From: a bacterium
Lineage (GTDB): Bacteria > UBA8248
Direction of reading: 5' to 3'
Assembly (NCBI GenBank): GCA_965207065.1
Contig: OZ242260.1
Span: 2,432,001 to 2,496,000, forward strand
Length of the DNA stretch: 64,000 nucleotides
Below are positions 50,369 through 59,297 of the stretch, in pieces. The notes under the pieces were generated by a model. The model saw only the letters and a program-made list of their open reading frames with translations, made no database searches and was not told the DNA's origin. Both the position numbers and the translations under genes were made by a program. Position 1 is the first letter of the stretch. The number at the start of each line of letters is the position of its first letter.

Positions 50369-51063
50369 CAGCGCACCGCATCGAAAGAAGAGGCGGCTTC
50401 TTCGAGTTTGGAATCCAGAATCGCCATGCTCGCGGCGGCGTCCGCATCCTGGGTGTCGCGCACGCATTCGTCGTAAATTTTCAGGAGGGAGGCGAGCTTG
50501 CCGAGCAGGGTCGTCCTCCGGCCCGCCCACTCGTCCACCACGCTTTGACCCGACGCGTAGCGCGCCGGATAGGCGTCTTTTCTGTTTTTGATGAGCAGGT
50601 ACTCCGGTTTGGAGAGCTTCTTCGAATCTGCATCCTGCGCCCAGGCGTCAATGAGCCTGGTTTTTTCTTCGTACTCGGCCAGCTTGCCGCCCAGGGCGCT
50701 CACCGGTACGCCCACGATTCGCGCCTTGGCGCTGTTGAGCAACAGGTTGAGTTTCTCCTTCGCCTGATCCCGGTGGATTTGCGCCACGCCCTCGGGCGCG
50801 TGAGCGGCATGAGCGGCGAGAACGGCGTCTCGCTGCGCCCGGGTGCTCGGATCGGCCACGTTGATGACCCACGTGTCCCGGCCGGGGCCATGGACTTCAG
50901 GACGCGCGGATTCCGTCTCGCCGGGCCCGGGTTGCCAGTCGGCGTCAGGCGTCATGGTCGTCTTCAGCCGGTGCGCGCTGCCCAGGTAGAGATGTGCGAG
51001 ACCGGCGGTTTCGAGTTCATCGCGGAAATGCGGGCCGATGGCTTTGGTCACTTCGATTTCCAA
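50368..51063 (-). CDS. Hypothetical phage protein (position of a fibre assembly/accessory gene)
   Basis: AGGAG RBS with TTG start; follows the fibre-like gene; AVLAAH motif then a helical C-terminus. Confidence 0.55.
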   Translation of the reverse strand: MEIEVTKAIGPHFRDELETAGLAHLYLGSAHRLKTTMTPDADWQPGPGETESARPEVHGPGRDTWVINVADPSTRAQRDAVLAAHAAHAPEGVAQIHRDQAKEKLNLLLNSAKARIVGVPVSALGGKLAEYEEKTRLIDAWAQDADSKKLSKPEYLLIKNRKDAYPARYASGQSVVDEWAGRRTTLLGKLASLLKIYDECVRDTQDADAAASMAILDSKLEEAASSFDAVR

Positions 51064-51072
51064 GTCCGTCTC

Positions 51073-52014
51073 CTAAATCAAAACGACGCTTTGGAAGAGA
51101 TAATCCCCAATGTTCAGGATGCTCGAACCCGCCACGCGAAAGACGAACGTGGAGTGAACCTCGGCGAGCGCCCCTGCGTATATTCGCGTGTTCGCAATTG
51201 CGAAGTTGTCTTTCTCGCTGTTCGACAGGCGGATGATCTCGACTTCCGGGTAGGCCTGCTCCGTTCCGCCAAACAGTTCGAGGTCCATGTCCAGGCCCAC
51301 CAGACCCGCGATGCTCGTTGAATTCACCCAGCCCTGGCCGCCGGCTTCCTGGCGGATGACGTCATGGCCCGGCCACATCAGGATTTCGTGCGTGGCGACG
51401 GAGGTCCAGTTGGTCGACAGGGTGGTGGCGAGCGTTCCCCTGGACTGCGCGGCGTAATCCGCCTTGTTCCAGAAACTTCTGACATACACGTCGTTCGCGA
51501 GAACGAACTGGGATGAGGGGTCCGTTCTCGCGACCCCGACCAGGGTGCGGCTCATATCGTCCGTTTTGTGCGCCAGCCCCGTAGCGGCGTCGAACGCCCA
51601 GCTTCCTGTCCCGTCGAATTCGAGCTTGATCTCTCCACCGTCGTCGTAGACGAAGACCGCATAGGAGTGATCCGCAACGAGGTCCGCGTTCGTAATCGTG
51701 ATTCCCTGCCATGGCAAATCCTCGTAATAGACGTCTCCCGACGCTTCATCGATGAAGGGCACGTGACAACCCGCCACGGGATTGACGACGGCGGGATAGT
51801 AGGCGGAGCCCAGCGTCGGCTTGAACGCCAGGGTGGTGGCGTTCACGTAATCAAGCCTGCCCGCGCAATCGATGGGCTGCCTGTTGGCCCTGATTTTTCC
51901 GTCCGGGAACAGGGCGGCGAGGGCCAACCGGTCGATCACGCGGGCTTTCGTGGGGTGGTCGCCGCCGATGGCTTCTTCGGTGTAGCGGGCGGACAGATCG
52001 GCTCCGATGGGCAT
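51073..52014 (-). CDS. Putative tail fibre/receptor-binding protein
   Basis: AAAGGAG RBS; beta-rich sequence; position directly after the hub-like gene. Confidence 0.5.
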   Translation of the reverse strand: MPIGADLSARYTEEAIGGDHPTKARVIDRLALAALFPDGKIRANRQPIDCAGRLDYVNATTLAFKPTLGSAYYPAVVNPVAGCHVPFIDEASGDVYYEDLPWQGITITNADLVADHSYAVFVYDDGGEIKLEFDGTGSWAFDAATGLAHKTDDMSRTLVGVARTDPSSQFVLANDVYVRSFWNKADYAAQSRGTLATTLSTNWTSVATHEILMWPGHDVIRQEAGGQGWVNSTSIAGLVGLDMDLELFGGTEQAYPEVEIIRLSNSEKDNFAIANTRIYAGALAEVHSTFVFRVAGSSILNIGDYLFQSVVLI

Positions 52015-52025
52015 CGTGTTCTCCT

Positions 52026-53237
52026 TTATGCGTAGGTGGCGGCGTCGCGCTCGGCGCCCAGAAGCCGGCCGCCTTCGAGTGTTATGCTCCCGTCCAGAAG
52101 AGGGGAGGATGTCAGGAAAAAGCCGGTGTCCCGGATTTTGAGTTCCATGCCCTGTTCTCCCAGGTCGTAACTCACCTCGATAACCTCCCCGATCTGGTTC
52201 ACGAGGGGTTCGAGTTTATTCGAGCGCATCCAGGGCACGCTGTACGCCAGATAGTCATCCGGTTCGATTTCGAGTGCTCTCAAGGAGTCATCCTCGATGG
52301 TGAGCATGCGGGTGGGTTCGTGATAGCGCGCCACGATGCGCGATTGAACCGTGGCGGCCACGCTCCCGCGCCGGACCCATTCGAGCCTGAGCGGGCTCTG
52401 AGGAGGTCGCCTGACGCCATAGAGCCGTTGGGAGGACCTGTTCCGGGAGGCGCTTCCGTCGTCGTGTTTGATGTAGCGCCCGCCCGGATAATCTCTCGCA
52501 TAGAGCACCGGAACCTGATTGATGACGGTGTCGCGCGCCATCTCCGCCTCGATTCGCGACTGGCCGAAACGCGGCAGAACCTTTTGGGGCGACCTAGCAG
52601 AAGGTTTCTCTCCCGCGATGTGAATTTTCAGGCGACCGAACGAGTCGATTTCGTACCGTCCGAGGAAATCGCCCAACAGAGAGGTGAGAACGTCGGCAGG
52701 CGCATGGTCGTCCAGAATGATCCCGCCCGCCCGGTAGCCGAGGGCCTTCGCGCTGGTTGCCGCACGCGAGAGGGCCTGCATGTCGACCTCCTGTTCAGTG
52801 AATCCCCAGACGCTCGTCATCAGGTCATGAATCACCTCGGCGGGATTTTCGATGAGTGCGCCGCTGTCGTTTTTCCTGCCCTTGCATACGGCGGTCACGC
52901 GCCCCTTCGGTGGGTCTGCGAAAGCGGCCGTGGCGATGGCGCCTTTTGACTGGTAGTTCCTGGCGAGTTCCAGAGAATAGCTTTCCGGCTCGACGCGGCC
53001 ATCATCGTCAAAAAGCGAGACGGCTCCCGATATTTCATGGGCGGCCACGCAGTAGACGCCGCCGTCGGCGGAGTCGATTTTCGGGAGTGCGTAGACGCCC
53101 GCATTCCCGCGTGAAGGAATGGTCAAATCCCCATAGATGACGGGGAGACTCTGGTCCTCGAATTCAGGGTTGGCGTATCTTGAAGCGCGCCCGATATGGA
53201 ATGAGTCCGAGAGCCGGACCGTCGTCGGGTCAGCCAT
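52026..53237 (-). CDS. Putative phage baseplate hub/tail-tip protein
   Basis: LPVIYGD, IENPAEVIHDL, SQRLYG, LEIEPDD, C-terminal LDGSITLEG: patterns seen in siphophage hub/Tal proteins. Confidence 0.6.
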   Translation of the reverse strand: MADPTTVRLSDSFHIGRASRYANPEFEDQSLPVIYGDLTIPSRGNAGVYALPKIDSADGGVYCVAAHEISGAVSLFDDDGRVEPESYSLELARNYQSKGAIATAAFADPPKGRVTAVCKGRKNDSGALIENPAEVIHDLMTSVWGFTEQEVDMQALSRAATSAKALGYRAGGIILDDHAPADVLTSLLGDFLGRYEIDSFGRLKIHIAGEKPSARSPQKVLPRFGQSRIEAEMARDTVINQVPVLYARDYPGGRYIKHDDGSASRNRSSQRLYGVRRPPQSPLRLEWVRRGSVAATVQSRIVARYHEPTRMLTIEDDSLRALEIEPDDYLAYSVPWMRSNKLEPLVNQIGEVIEVSYDLGEQGMELKIRDTGFFLTSSPLLDGSITLEGGRLLGAERDAATYA

Positions 53238-53771
53238 CTAGTTGCCCTCGCATTCTATGGAGATCAGGTCGATGCGCTCGATGATCCGGCGGATGGTGAA
53301 GCTCCCGATCGAGAGAACATCGGATATGTTTTGTCCTGAAAACCCGACGCGCACGTCGACCCTTCCGCCAATGAGCGGCTCTGTCGCAAGAATGCGGCTC
53401 ATTCGCGGGTGGCCGTCCATGTCGGGAGCGTTGTTGACGGCTATCGTGAGGCCGGAGAGTTCCTTTTCTCTGAATATCTCGAGAATGGAGGGGCCTTGAA
53501 ACGCGCCGAGAGAGAAGCGCCCGCCATCTTCCACCCAATCGTGAACGCCCATGAGCACTTCCGCTCCCTCTCCCAGCAAAAGGGAACCGTCGAGAATCCG
53601 CGAGCCGTCGAGGAAATATATGCTTCCTCCTTGCCCGATCAGGAAGTCGGGCACCTGCTTTCCGCAGAACACGCGCTTTCCAGCGGCGGTGGAGAGGTGA
53701 TAGAGGACGAAGGCGGTTTTCCCCTCGTGTCCGGCGATGTCCGCAACCGCCTGATTCGTGGCGCGTCTCAT
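53238..53771 (-). CDS. Hypothetical phage tail protein
   Basis: Coupled to both neighbours; FLDGSRILDGSLLLG motif shared with the next gene. Confidence 0.55.
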   Translation of the reverse strand: MRRATNQAVADIAGHEGKTAFVLYHLSTAAGKRVFCGKQVPDFLIGQGGSIYFLDGSRILDGSLLLGEGAEVLMGVHDWVEDGGRFSLGAFQGPSILEIFREKELSGLTIAVNNAPDMDGHPRMSRILATEPLIGGRVDVRVGFSGQNISDVLSIGSFTIRRIIERIDLISIECEGN

Positions 53772-54844
53772 GCGAGTGTTTCCCTGAGCACGAGTTCGAA
53801 GGAGGAATCATCCGGCCCGATCTGCCGGGGCAAGAAGCCGCCCGCGAGGTGAGCGAGGACGATCGAAGCGGGGTCATCCACGTCCAGGTGAGCGAAGAAC
53901 GGCTTGGCCCGCCCGGCATCGACGTCCTTCACCGCCCGATACATGGCGAGAAACGCTCTTCGCTGCGCATCCGATATGCGCTCGTAGGGAAGGGTGATTG
54001 TGCGGCCACGATTCAGGAGTACGGGACGCTCCGCCATACTTTCCGTGCGGTTTGTTTCCTCGAAGGATTCTTCTCCCACCACGTTTCCGAACCAGAAATG
54101 GTCGGCGGGCTCGAAAAAGCCGCCCAGATAGATTTCCGAGACTTCCAGATAGGCATCCTGGTCGGCGGCGCCTTCGGCCAGGAGGCGCCAGTGGCGATAT
54201 GAACGCGGCGTAGTGGCGAAATAGTGGATGAGCGTGTCGCTGCGCCAGGTGAGCCTTTCATCGAGCGCGGGCGCGCGCCAGTCCGCGGACCTGTTCGCCT
54301 GAATCCGGAGACTGGCGTCGGGCGAGAAATAGTGGAGGTGGGCGATGAACACGTCGGGAGAGATCTGCGCGCCGAAATCAAGGACGAGCGACCATGGGTC
54401 TTCCGGCGGCGAGGCGCTTCTCATCTTCGTTGCGGGGTCGAGATCGTAAATTTTTCTTGGGGAATAAAAGCGGTTCGCCGTCGCCTGCCAATGATCTCCC
54501 AAGGCGAAAGCGGGTGAATCCGCCCCGTCCACGAAGCGGATCTTCACACCTGAGTCCAGGGCGATATCCGTCAGCGCGGTGGGGATGTTCGAGGCTTCCC
54601 AGCCATTCGTTGTGGTTGAGGTCTTGCGCCACTTGAAACGGGCGCTTCCCACATCGCCCGGAGCCTCGATTTCGGCGAAATAGACTTCCTGGTCCTCTCC
54701 GGTGTAGGCGCCCGAGAAGATCATCGATCCGCCCGCGCCCGCCACGCGGGGCACGCCCGCACCGACGAATCCCTTCTCTACGGAAGTGGCGGTGATGACT
54801 GTCTCGTCATCGATGAGATTTTGATACATGAAGCGATGCCCCAT
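53768..54844 (-). CDS. Putative distal-tail (Dit)-like phage protein
   Basis: AAGGAG RBS before MGHRFMYQNL; LVLDFG, YRHWRL, LEVSEIYLG, terminal FELVLRE. Confidence 0.5.
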   Translation of the reverse strand: MGHRFMYQNLIDDETVITATSVEKGFVGAGVPRVAGAGGSMIFSGAYTGEDQEVYFAEIEAPGDVGSARFKWRKTSTTTNGWEASNIPTALTDIALDSGVKIRFVDGADSPAFALGDHWQATANRFYSPRKIYDLDPATKMRSASPPEDPWSLVLDFGAQISPDVFIAHLHYFSPDASLRIQANRSADWRAPALDERLTWRSDTLIHYFATTPRSYRHWRLLAEGAADQDAYLEVSEIYLGGFFEPADHFWFGNVVGEESFEETNRTESMAERPVLLNRGRTITLPYERISDAQRRAFLAMYRAVKDVDAGRAKPFFAHLDVDDPASIVLAHLAGGFLPRQIGPDDSSFELVLRETLA

Positions 54845-55206
54845 TCCAATCTCCTTGGTGAGGGCTTCCGTTTCGGAAGAAGCGTTTCTCCCGTCGTGTT
54901 CTGGCATCACTCCGGTGCGAGGGGATGCCGAGGTCACCGAATATATGGGAACCGGAGTGGAGGGTTCGCCTCGCAAATGCGGGCAAATGCGCGGAAAAGA
55001 GGCATCGGATAAGTCGCAGGTATTCTTCCTGGAACGGAGTGAGCCATCAATTTCCGGAAGCGCTTTGGTTTTCCGGCACGCGCGCGATATGGAAACTTGA
55101 GAACCTGGGAAAATCTGCTATGATGAAGCCTCACCAGAATGATGGGGTTTCTGTCAGATCCCGCTGTTTTATGTGATATCCGCCTGATACTGCGAAAGGA
55201 ATCGCG

Positions 55207-56703
55207 ATGCGCAGGAGGGTGGCGCGTCTTTTCTCTCGATATGGCTCCATTCAAATATCCGGTAGTCGTTCTGCGAAATTTTGCGTAGTTGGCGTGTGCC
55301 TGGCGCTGGGCATCGGCGTGTTTTTGGGCGTCCGCTCCGTCACACCTCCTCCCCCGGTTTCGTCCGAAAAAACTCCTGCAACCCGTGAGGCGCCTCAGGG
55401 CGAACGAGCGCCCCAGAAGGTGAAAAAAGGTGCCGCGCCGAACCGCGAGTTCGCCCACGCGCCACGGAATATGATGCGCGAGAAACCCAAAGAAGATGCT
55501 TTGAAGAAAGCCTTTCGGGATCAGCCAATCATGAGTCCTCCGAATGAGGAAAGACTCACTACGGAAGCCGGCAAATTCTCAAAATCGGACACAGTCATCG
55601 GCGTGTTGATGGCGCATAAAGTGCCCCGTTCGGAAATTCAGAAAGTCCTGGATAGCGTCCGCAACAAACGTATTTTTTCGCGCATTCGGACGGGTCGGCG
55701 GTACGAAGTGAGAAAAAAAGATGGAGAATTTCATGAATTCGTTCTTCAAATCGACAACGAAAGTCGACTCATCATCTCGCGAACGCCAAACGGGACGATG
55801 ACTGCCTCGAAAGAGGCGATACCCTATTCCATAGATGTCGTTCGCATTCAATCCCGCATCGAGAGTTCCTTGTACAAGGCCATAGCCGATGGCGGCGGCG
55901 CTCCCGTACTGGTGAACGAGCTGAGCGATATTTTTGCGTACGTCATTGATTTTCATAAGGATATACGGAGTGGAGACGAGGTGGAAGTCCTGGTCGAGCG
56001 AAAGCATTTCAGGGATGAATTCACCGGTTACGGGAGGATTCTGGCGGCTGAGTTCATTGTTGGAGACAGGCGGCACACAGCAGTGTATTTCAAGCACGCA
56101 GGCGGGAGGTATTACAACTTCGAGGGTGAATCGCTGAGACGCGCCTTTTTGCGCTCTCCGCTCCGCTATACGCGAATCAGTTCGCGCTTCTCGAAGCGGC
56201 GCTTTCATCCCCTGCTCAAGCGCTACCGTCCCCACTTTGGCGTCGACTACGCCGCGCCCCGGGGTACGCCTGTACATGCGGTCGCCGACGGGGTCGTCGC
56301 CTGGGCGGGCCGCAAGCGGCAGGCCGGCAAGACGATAGAACTGCGCCATGGCGGGGGATATCGAACCGCGTATCTCCATCTGTATCGGTACGCGCGCGGG
56401 ATTCGCGCGGGCAGAAGGGTTGTTCAGGGCGATGTGATTGGCTACGTGGGCTCCACGGGGTTGTCCACCGGCCCTCATCTGGACTACAGGCTCATCCGCC
56501 GGGGGCGGTATTTGGACCCCTTGAAGGCGGAGCTTCCCAAAGGTATGCCGCTTCCCAGTTCTCTGCGCCCGGCATTCAATAAGATCTTGGATGAGCGGCG
56601 AACGATGTTTGACAATTTACCCCTGCTCAAGGAAGTTCAGGCTTCGCCGGCGGCCCACGAGCCGTTCTCCAGCGACGCGGAAAAGAGAACATCACGTCTT
56701 TGA
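55207..56703 (+). CDS. M23-family peptidoglycan DD-metalloendopeptidase (MepM-like)
   Basis: N-terminal TM helix; HFGVDYAAP (HxxxD), YLHL, GSTGLSTGPHLDY. Confidence 0.92.
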   Translation: MRRRVARLFSRYGSIQISGSRSAKFCVVGVCLALGIGVFLGVRSVTPPPPVSSEKTPATREAPQGERAPQKVKKGAAPNREFAHAPRNMMREKPKEDALKKAFRDQPIMSPPNEERLTTEAGKFSKSDTVIGVLMAHKVPRSEIQKVLDSVRNKRIFSRIRTGRRYEVRKKDGEFHEFVLQIDNESRLIISRTPNGTMTASKEAIPYSIDVVRIQSRIESSLYKAIADGGGAPVLVNELSDIFAYVIDFHKDIRSGDEVEVLVERKHFRDEFTGYGRILAAEFIVGDRRHTAVYFKHAGGRYYNFEGESLRRAFLRSPLRYTRISSRFSKRRFHPLLKRYRPHFGVDYAAPRGTPVHAVADGVVAWAGRKRQAGKTIELRHGGGYRTAYLHLYRYARGIRAGRRVVQGDVIGYVGSTGLSTGPHLDYRLIRRGRYLDPLKAELPKGMPLPSSLRPAFNKILDERRTMFDNLPLLKEVQASPAAHEPFSSDAEKRTSRL

Positions 56704-56733
56704 ACTGAATACGAAACAAGGGAGAAGGTGCTC

Positions 56734-57243
56734 ATGTTGATTCCCTTTGAGGGAGTTCTGCCCGAGGTTCATGAAACCGCCTGGTTGGCGGAGACCGCTG
56801 TGGTCATCGGCGACGTGGAGATCGGCGAGCACAGCAGCGTCTGGTACAACTGCGTTCTGCGCGGGGACCATATGCCCATCCGCGTGGGCAAGCGCACCAA
56901 CATACAGGACGGCTCCATTCTGCACATCGAGAGCGGCAAATACGACTGCGTGCTTGGCGATGACATTACCGTGGGCCACATGGCTATCGTACATGGGTGC
57001 CATGTGGGAGACGGCGCCGTCATCGCGATGGGGGCCATCGTGCTGAACAACGCGAAGGTGGGCGCGGGCGCCGTCGTGGGAGCGGGCGCCGTCGTGCCCG
57101 AGAACAAGGTTATCGAGCCAGGCACCCTCTGGCTGGGCGCGCCTGCAAAATATGTTCGCGATCTGAGCGATGAGGAAATAGAGCGTTTCAAGAAAGCCGC
57201 CGTCTCCTACATGAACAACAAAGAACGTTTCAGAAATTCCTGA
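56734..57243 (+). CDS. Gamma carbonic anhydrase family protein (YrdA/PaaY-like)
   Basis: VIGDVEIG, LRGD, TNIQDGSILH, TVGHMAIVHGC hexapeptide repeats. Confidence 0.93.
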   Translation: MLIPFEGVLPEVHETAWLAETAVVIGDVEIGEHSSVWYNCVLRGDHMPIRVGKRTNIQDGSILHIESGKYDCVLGDDITVGHMAIVHGCHVGDGAVIAMGAIVLNNAKVGAGAVVGAGAVVPENKVIEPGTLWLGAPAKYVRDLSDEEIERFKKAAVSYMNNKERFRNS

Positions 57244-57267
57244 CCGCGCCGGAAATCCTCTTTTATC

Positions 57268-58227
57268 ATGTCTGATCAATCCCGCGCCGAATCCTCGGCC
57301 CCGCTGGCTGCGGTGGTGGATTTGGGCACGAACGCGGCCCGGTTGGCGCTCGCCACGCTCGATGATGCGGGCAGGCTGGAATCGCGGGGCCGCTGGCGCG
57401 AGTTGATACGCCTGGGCGAGGGGGTTCGCGAAACGGGACTGCTCTCCGAAAGCGCGATGGAGAGAGGGCTCGCATGCCTTTCCCGGTTTGCGCAGATCAT
57501 TCGCGAGCATCGCGTCCATCTCGTCGATGCCGTGGCTACGAGCGCATTGCGTGAGGCGCAAAACGCGGATGTCTTCATTTCGCGCGCCCTGGAGCTGGGG
57601 ATTGCAATGCGCGTGATTCCGCCGGAAGAGGAAGCGCGCCTGGCGTTCGCGGGTGTTTTCGCCGGTGAGGGACATAGGCCCGAGCGCGCGCTGGTGTTCG
57701 ACGTCGGCGGAGGAAGCCTGGAGGTAATTCTCTCCGAGAGCGGCGAGGTTCGGGATATGGTGAGCCTTCCCGCCGGCGTGGTGTATCTGACGGAGCGTTA
57801 CCTGAAAACAATGCCCACGCCGGATGAGCAAGTGCAGGCTTGCTCCCTGGCGGTGGAGGCGATGTTGAGGGATGTTGATTTCGGCGAGGCGGCGTTGGCG
57901 GAAATCCCCTTTATCGGCTGCGGGGGAGTAGTGGCGCTGGCATGGTTTGTGACTGAAGGCGCACCGCCGGGTGGGCGCGTAGACGGGCTTTCGCTCCCTG
58001 GCGCTTTTTTCGAAGAATGGGTGGGTCGGTTCGCCGGGCTGACTTACGGGCAGAGGAGAGAGCTACGCGGTTTCGAGTCGGGGAGGGAAGATGTAGCGCT
58101 CGCCGGGCTGATAGTCGTGCGCGCGCTGTTGCGGTGGGGACGCAAGAAGAAATTAGGCGTATCGACCGGCGGTGTTCGCGAGGGAAGGCTTTTGGAGTTG
58201 TTGAAGACAGGCGCACAGAGTTGTTGA
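57268..58227 (+). CDS. Ppx/GppA-family phosphatase (short form)
   Basis: VDLGTN, VATSALREAQN, EEEARL, DVGGGSLE, GVREG. Confidence 0.88.
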   Translation: MSDQSRAESSAPLAAVVDLGTNAARLALATLDDAGRLESRGRWRELIRLGEGVRETGLLSESAMERGLACLSRFAQIIREHRVHLVDAVATSALREAQNADVFISRALELGIAMRVIPPEEEARLAFAGVFAGEGHRPERALVFDVGGGSLEVILSESGEVRDMVSLPAGVVYLTERYLKTMPTPDEQVQACSLAVEAMLRDVDFGEAALAEIPFIGCGGVVALAWFVTEGAPPGGRVDGLSLPGAFFEEWVGRFAGLTYGQRRELRGFESGREDVALAGLIVVRALLRWGRKKKLGVSTGGVREGRLLELLKTGAQSC

Positions 58228-58299
58228 AATTGATTCAGAGGCGTGTGTTGATTCAATGAATCACAGGACACCCCGAAATAACCCCTTGTGCTTTGTTGT

Positions 58300-58328
58300 T
58301 TGACACGGCCTCTCCGCCTTTTTATATT
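58300..58328 (+). promoter_or_regulatory. Sigma70 promoter of the yceD-rpmF-plsX cluster
   Basis: TTGACA-N17-TATATT. Confidence 0.65.
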
Positions 58329-58417
58329 TTGAAACCAGGCGTTATGGATAGGAGCCCGATGCGACCCTGTGTCGCAAAACGCCCCATCACGTGGCGCACT
58401 TCCTCTGGGGAAACGAT

Positions 58418-58954
58418 ATGGGGAAAATACTTCAATTTCCTCTCTCCCAAATTCCGGATATTGGCTTGGATGTCGCTCTGGATTTGGAAATGGATGATTT
58501 GGAGGAAGATTGGTTCCGGGCTTCCAGTCTAAAGCTCATCGGCAAGTTGGAGAAAACAGGCTCTGATGAAGTGAGTTTCCAGGGCCGGTTGAGTGGTCGG
58601 TTTTTATTGGAATGTTCTCTTGGGCTGGCGGAATTTCTTCACTCGTTCAATGAGCCTCTGGCCGTCTATTTTTCGAGAATGCCGCAAGATTCCGGTTCAG
58701 AAGGTGAAGTCGAACTGAATGAAGAAGATCTCGAGGTCGCATACATCGAAAATGAAACGGTGGACTTGACGATGCCCGTTCGCGATCAAATCGGGCTGGC
58801 GATTCCCATTCAACCCCGGTGTCCTGATAAATGCCTGGGGGAGGCGCCTGAAACTTGCCGGAAACTCGATGAGGGAACTTCCGTCGGTGTAGGCGCGGGG
58901 TCGGATCCGCGCTGGGGGGCACTCAGGGGTTGGAAACCAGGGGACTCCCCATGA
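58418..58954 (+). CDS. YceD/DUF177-family protein
   Basis: LECSLGL, VDLTMPVRDQIGLAIPIQPRC..C.G, DPRWGAL; position before rpmF. Confidence 0.8.
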   Translation: MGKILQFPLSQIPDIGLDVALDLEMDDLEEDWFRASSLKLIGKLEKTGSDEVSFQGRLSGRFLLECSLGLAEFLHSFNEPLAVYFSRMPQDSGSEGEVELNEEDLEVAYIENETVDLTMPVRDQIGLAIPIQPRCPDKCLGEAPETCRKLDEGTSVGVGAGSDPRWGALRGWKPGDSP

Positions 58955-59097
58955 GTTTTGTATGGTTCGTATGTGTTGAATCCCAAATTTGAAATATGTG
59001 GTAGTATGTGGTGTTTCTGTTTTCGGGCATGAGGCCGAGAGGGCATCGGCGGGAATTGCTCGGGTTTAACGAATTATTGTGAAAGGAGTGCGGTGCT

Positions 59098-59277
59098 GTG
59101 GGGCTTCCCAAACGTCGGCACTCGCAGGCGCGAGGCCGCAAAAGAAGAACACATTATAAGGTAGCGAAACCGTCGATTGCGATTTGCTCGAATTGCAATA
59201 ATCCGGTGCTGCCCCACCGGGTGTGCAATGTCTGCGGGTATTACAAGGGGCAAAAAGTTTTAGAAGTGAAGGTATAA
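59098..59277 (+). CDS. rpmF: 50S ribosomal protein L32 (not in ORF track)
   Basis: GTG start after AAAGGAG: MGLPKRRHSQARGRKRRTH...CSNC...PHRVCNVCGYYKG. Confidence 0.96.
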   Translation: MGLPKRRHSQARGRKRRTHYKVAKPSIAICSNCNNPVLPHRVCNVCGYYKGQKVLEVKV

Positions 59278-59297
59278 TATTAACGCTGGAAGAGATT

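Larger units (their letters stand above)
48019..54991 (-). mobile_element. Phage-derived tail-tip module bounded by a 20-bp direct repeat
   Basis: CGCAAATGCGGGCAAATGCG at 48019-48038 and 54972-54991; eight co-oriented, tightly packed phage-like ORFs inside, on the opposite strand to both flanks. Confidence 0.7.

Noticed and set aside
48127-51321. Long plus-strand ORFs (432, 285 and 393 aa) over the phage module
   Set aside because: Antisense to coupled minus-strand genes that have RBSs and recognisable motifs; typical high-GC shadow frames.
48019-54991. Complete prophage or contractile injection system
   Set aside because: No integrase, capsid, terminase, sheath, tube or wedge genes recognised; too short.
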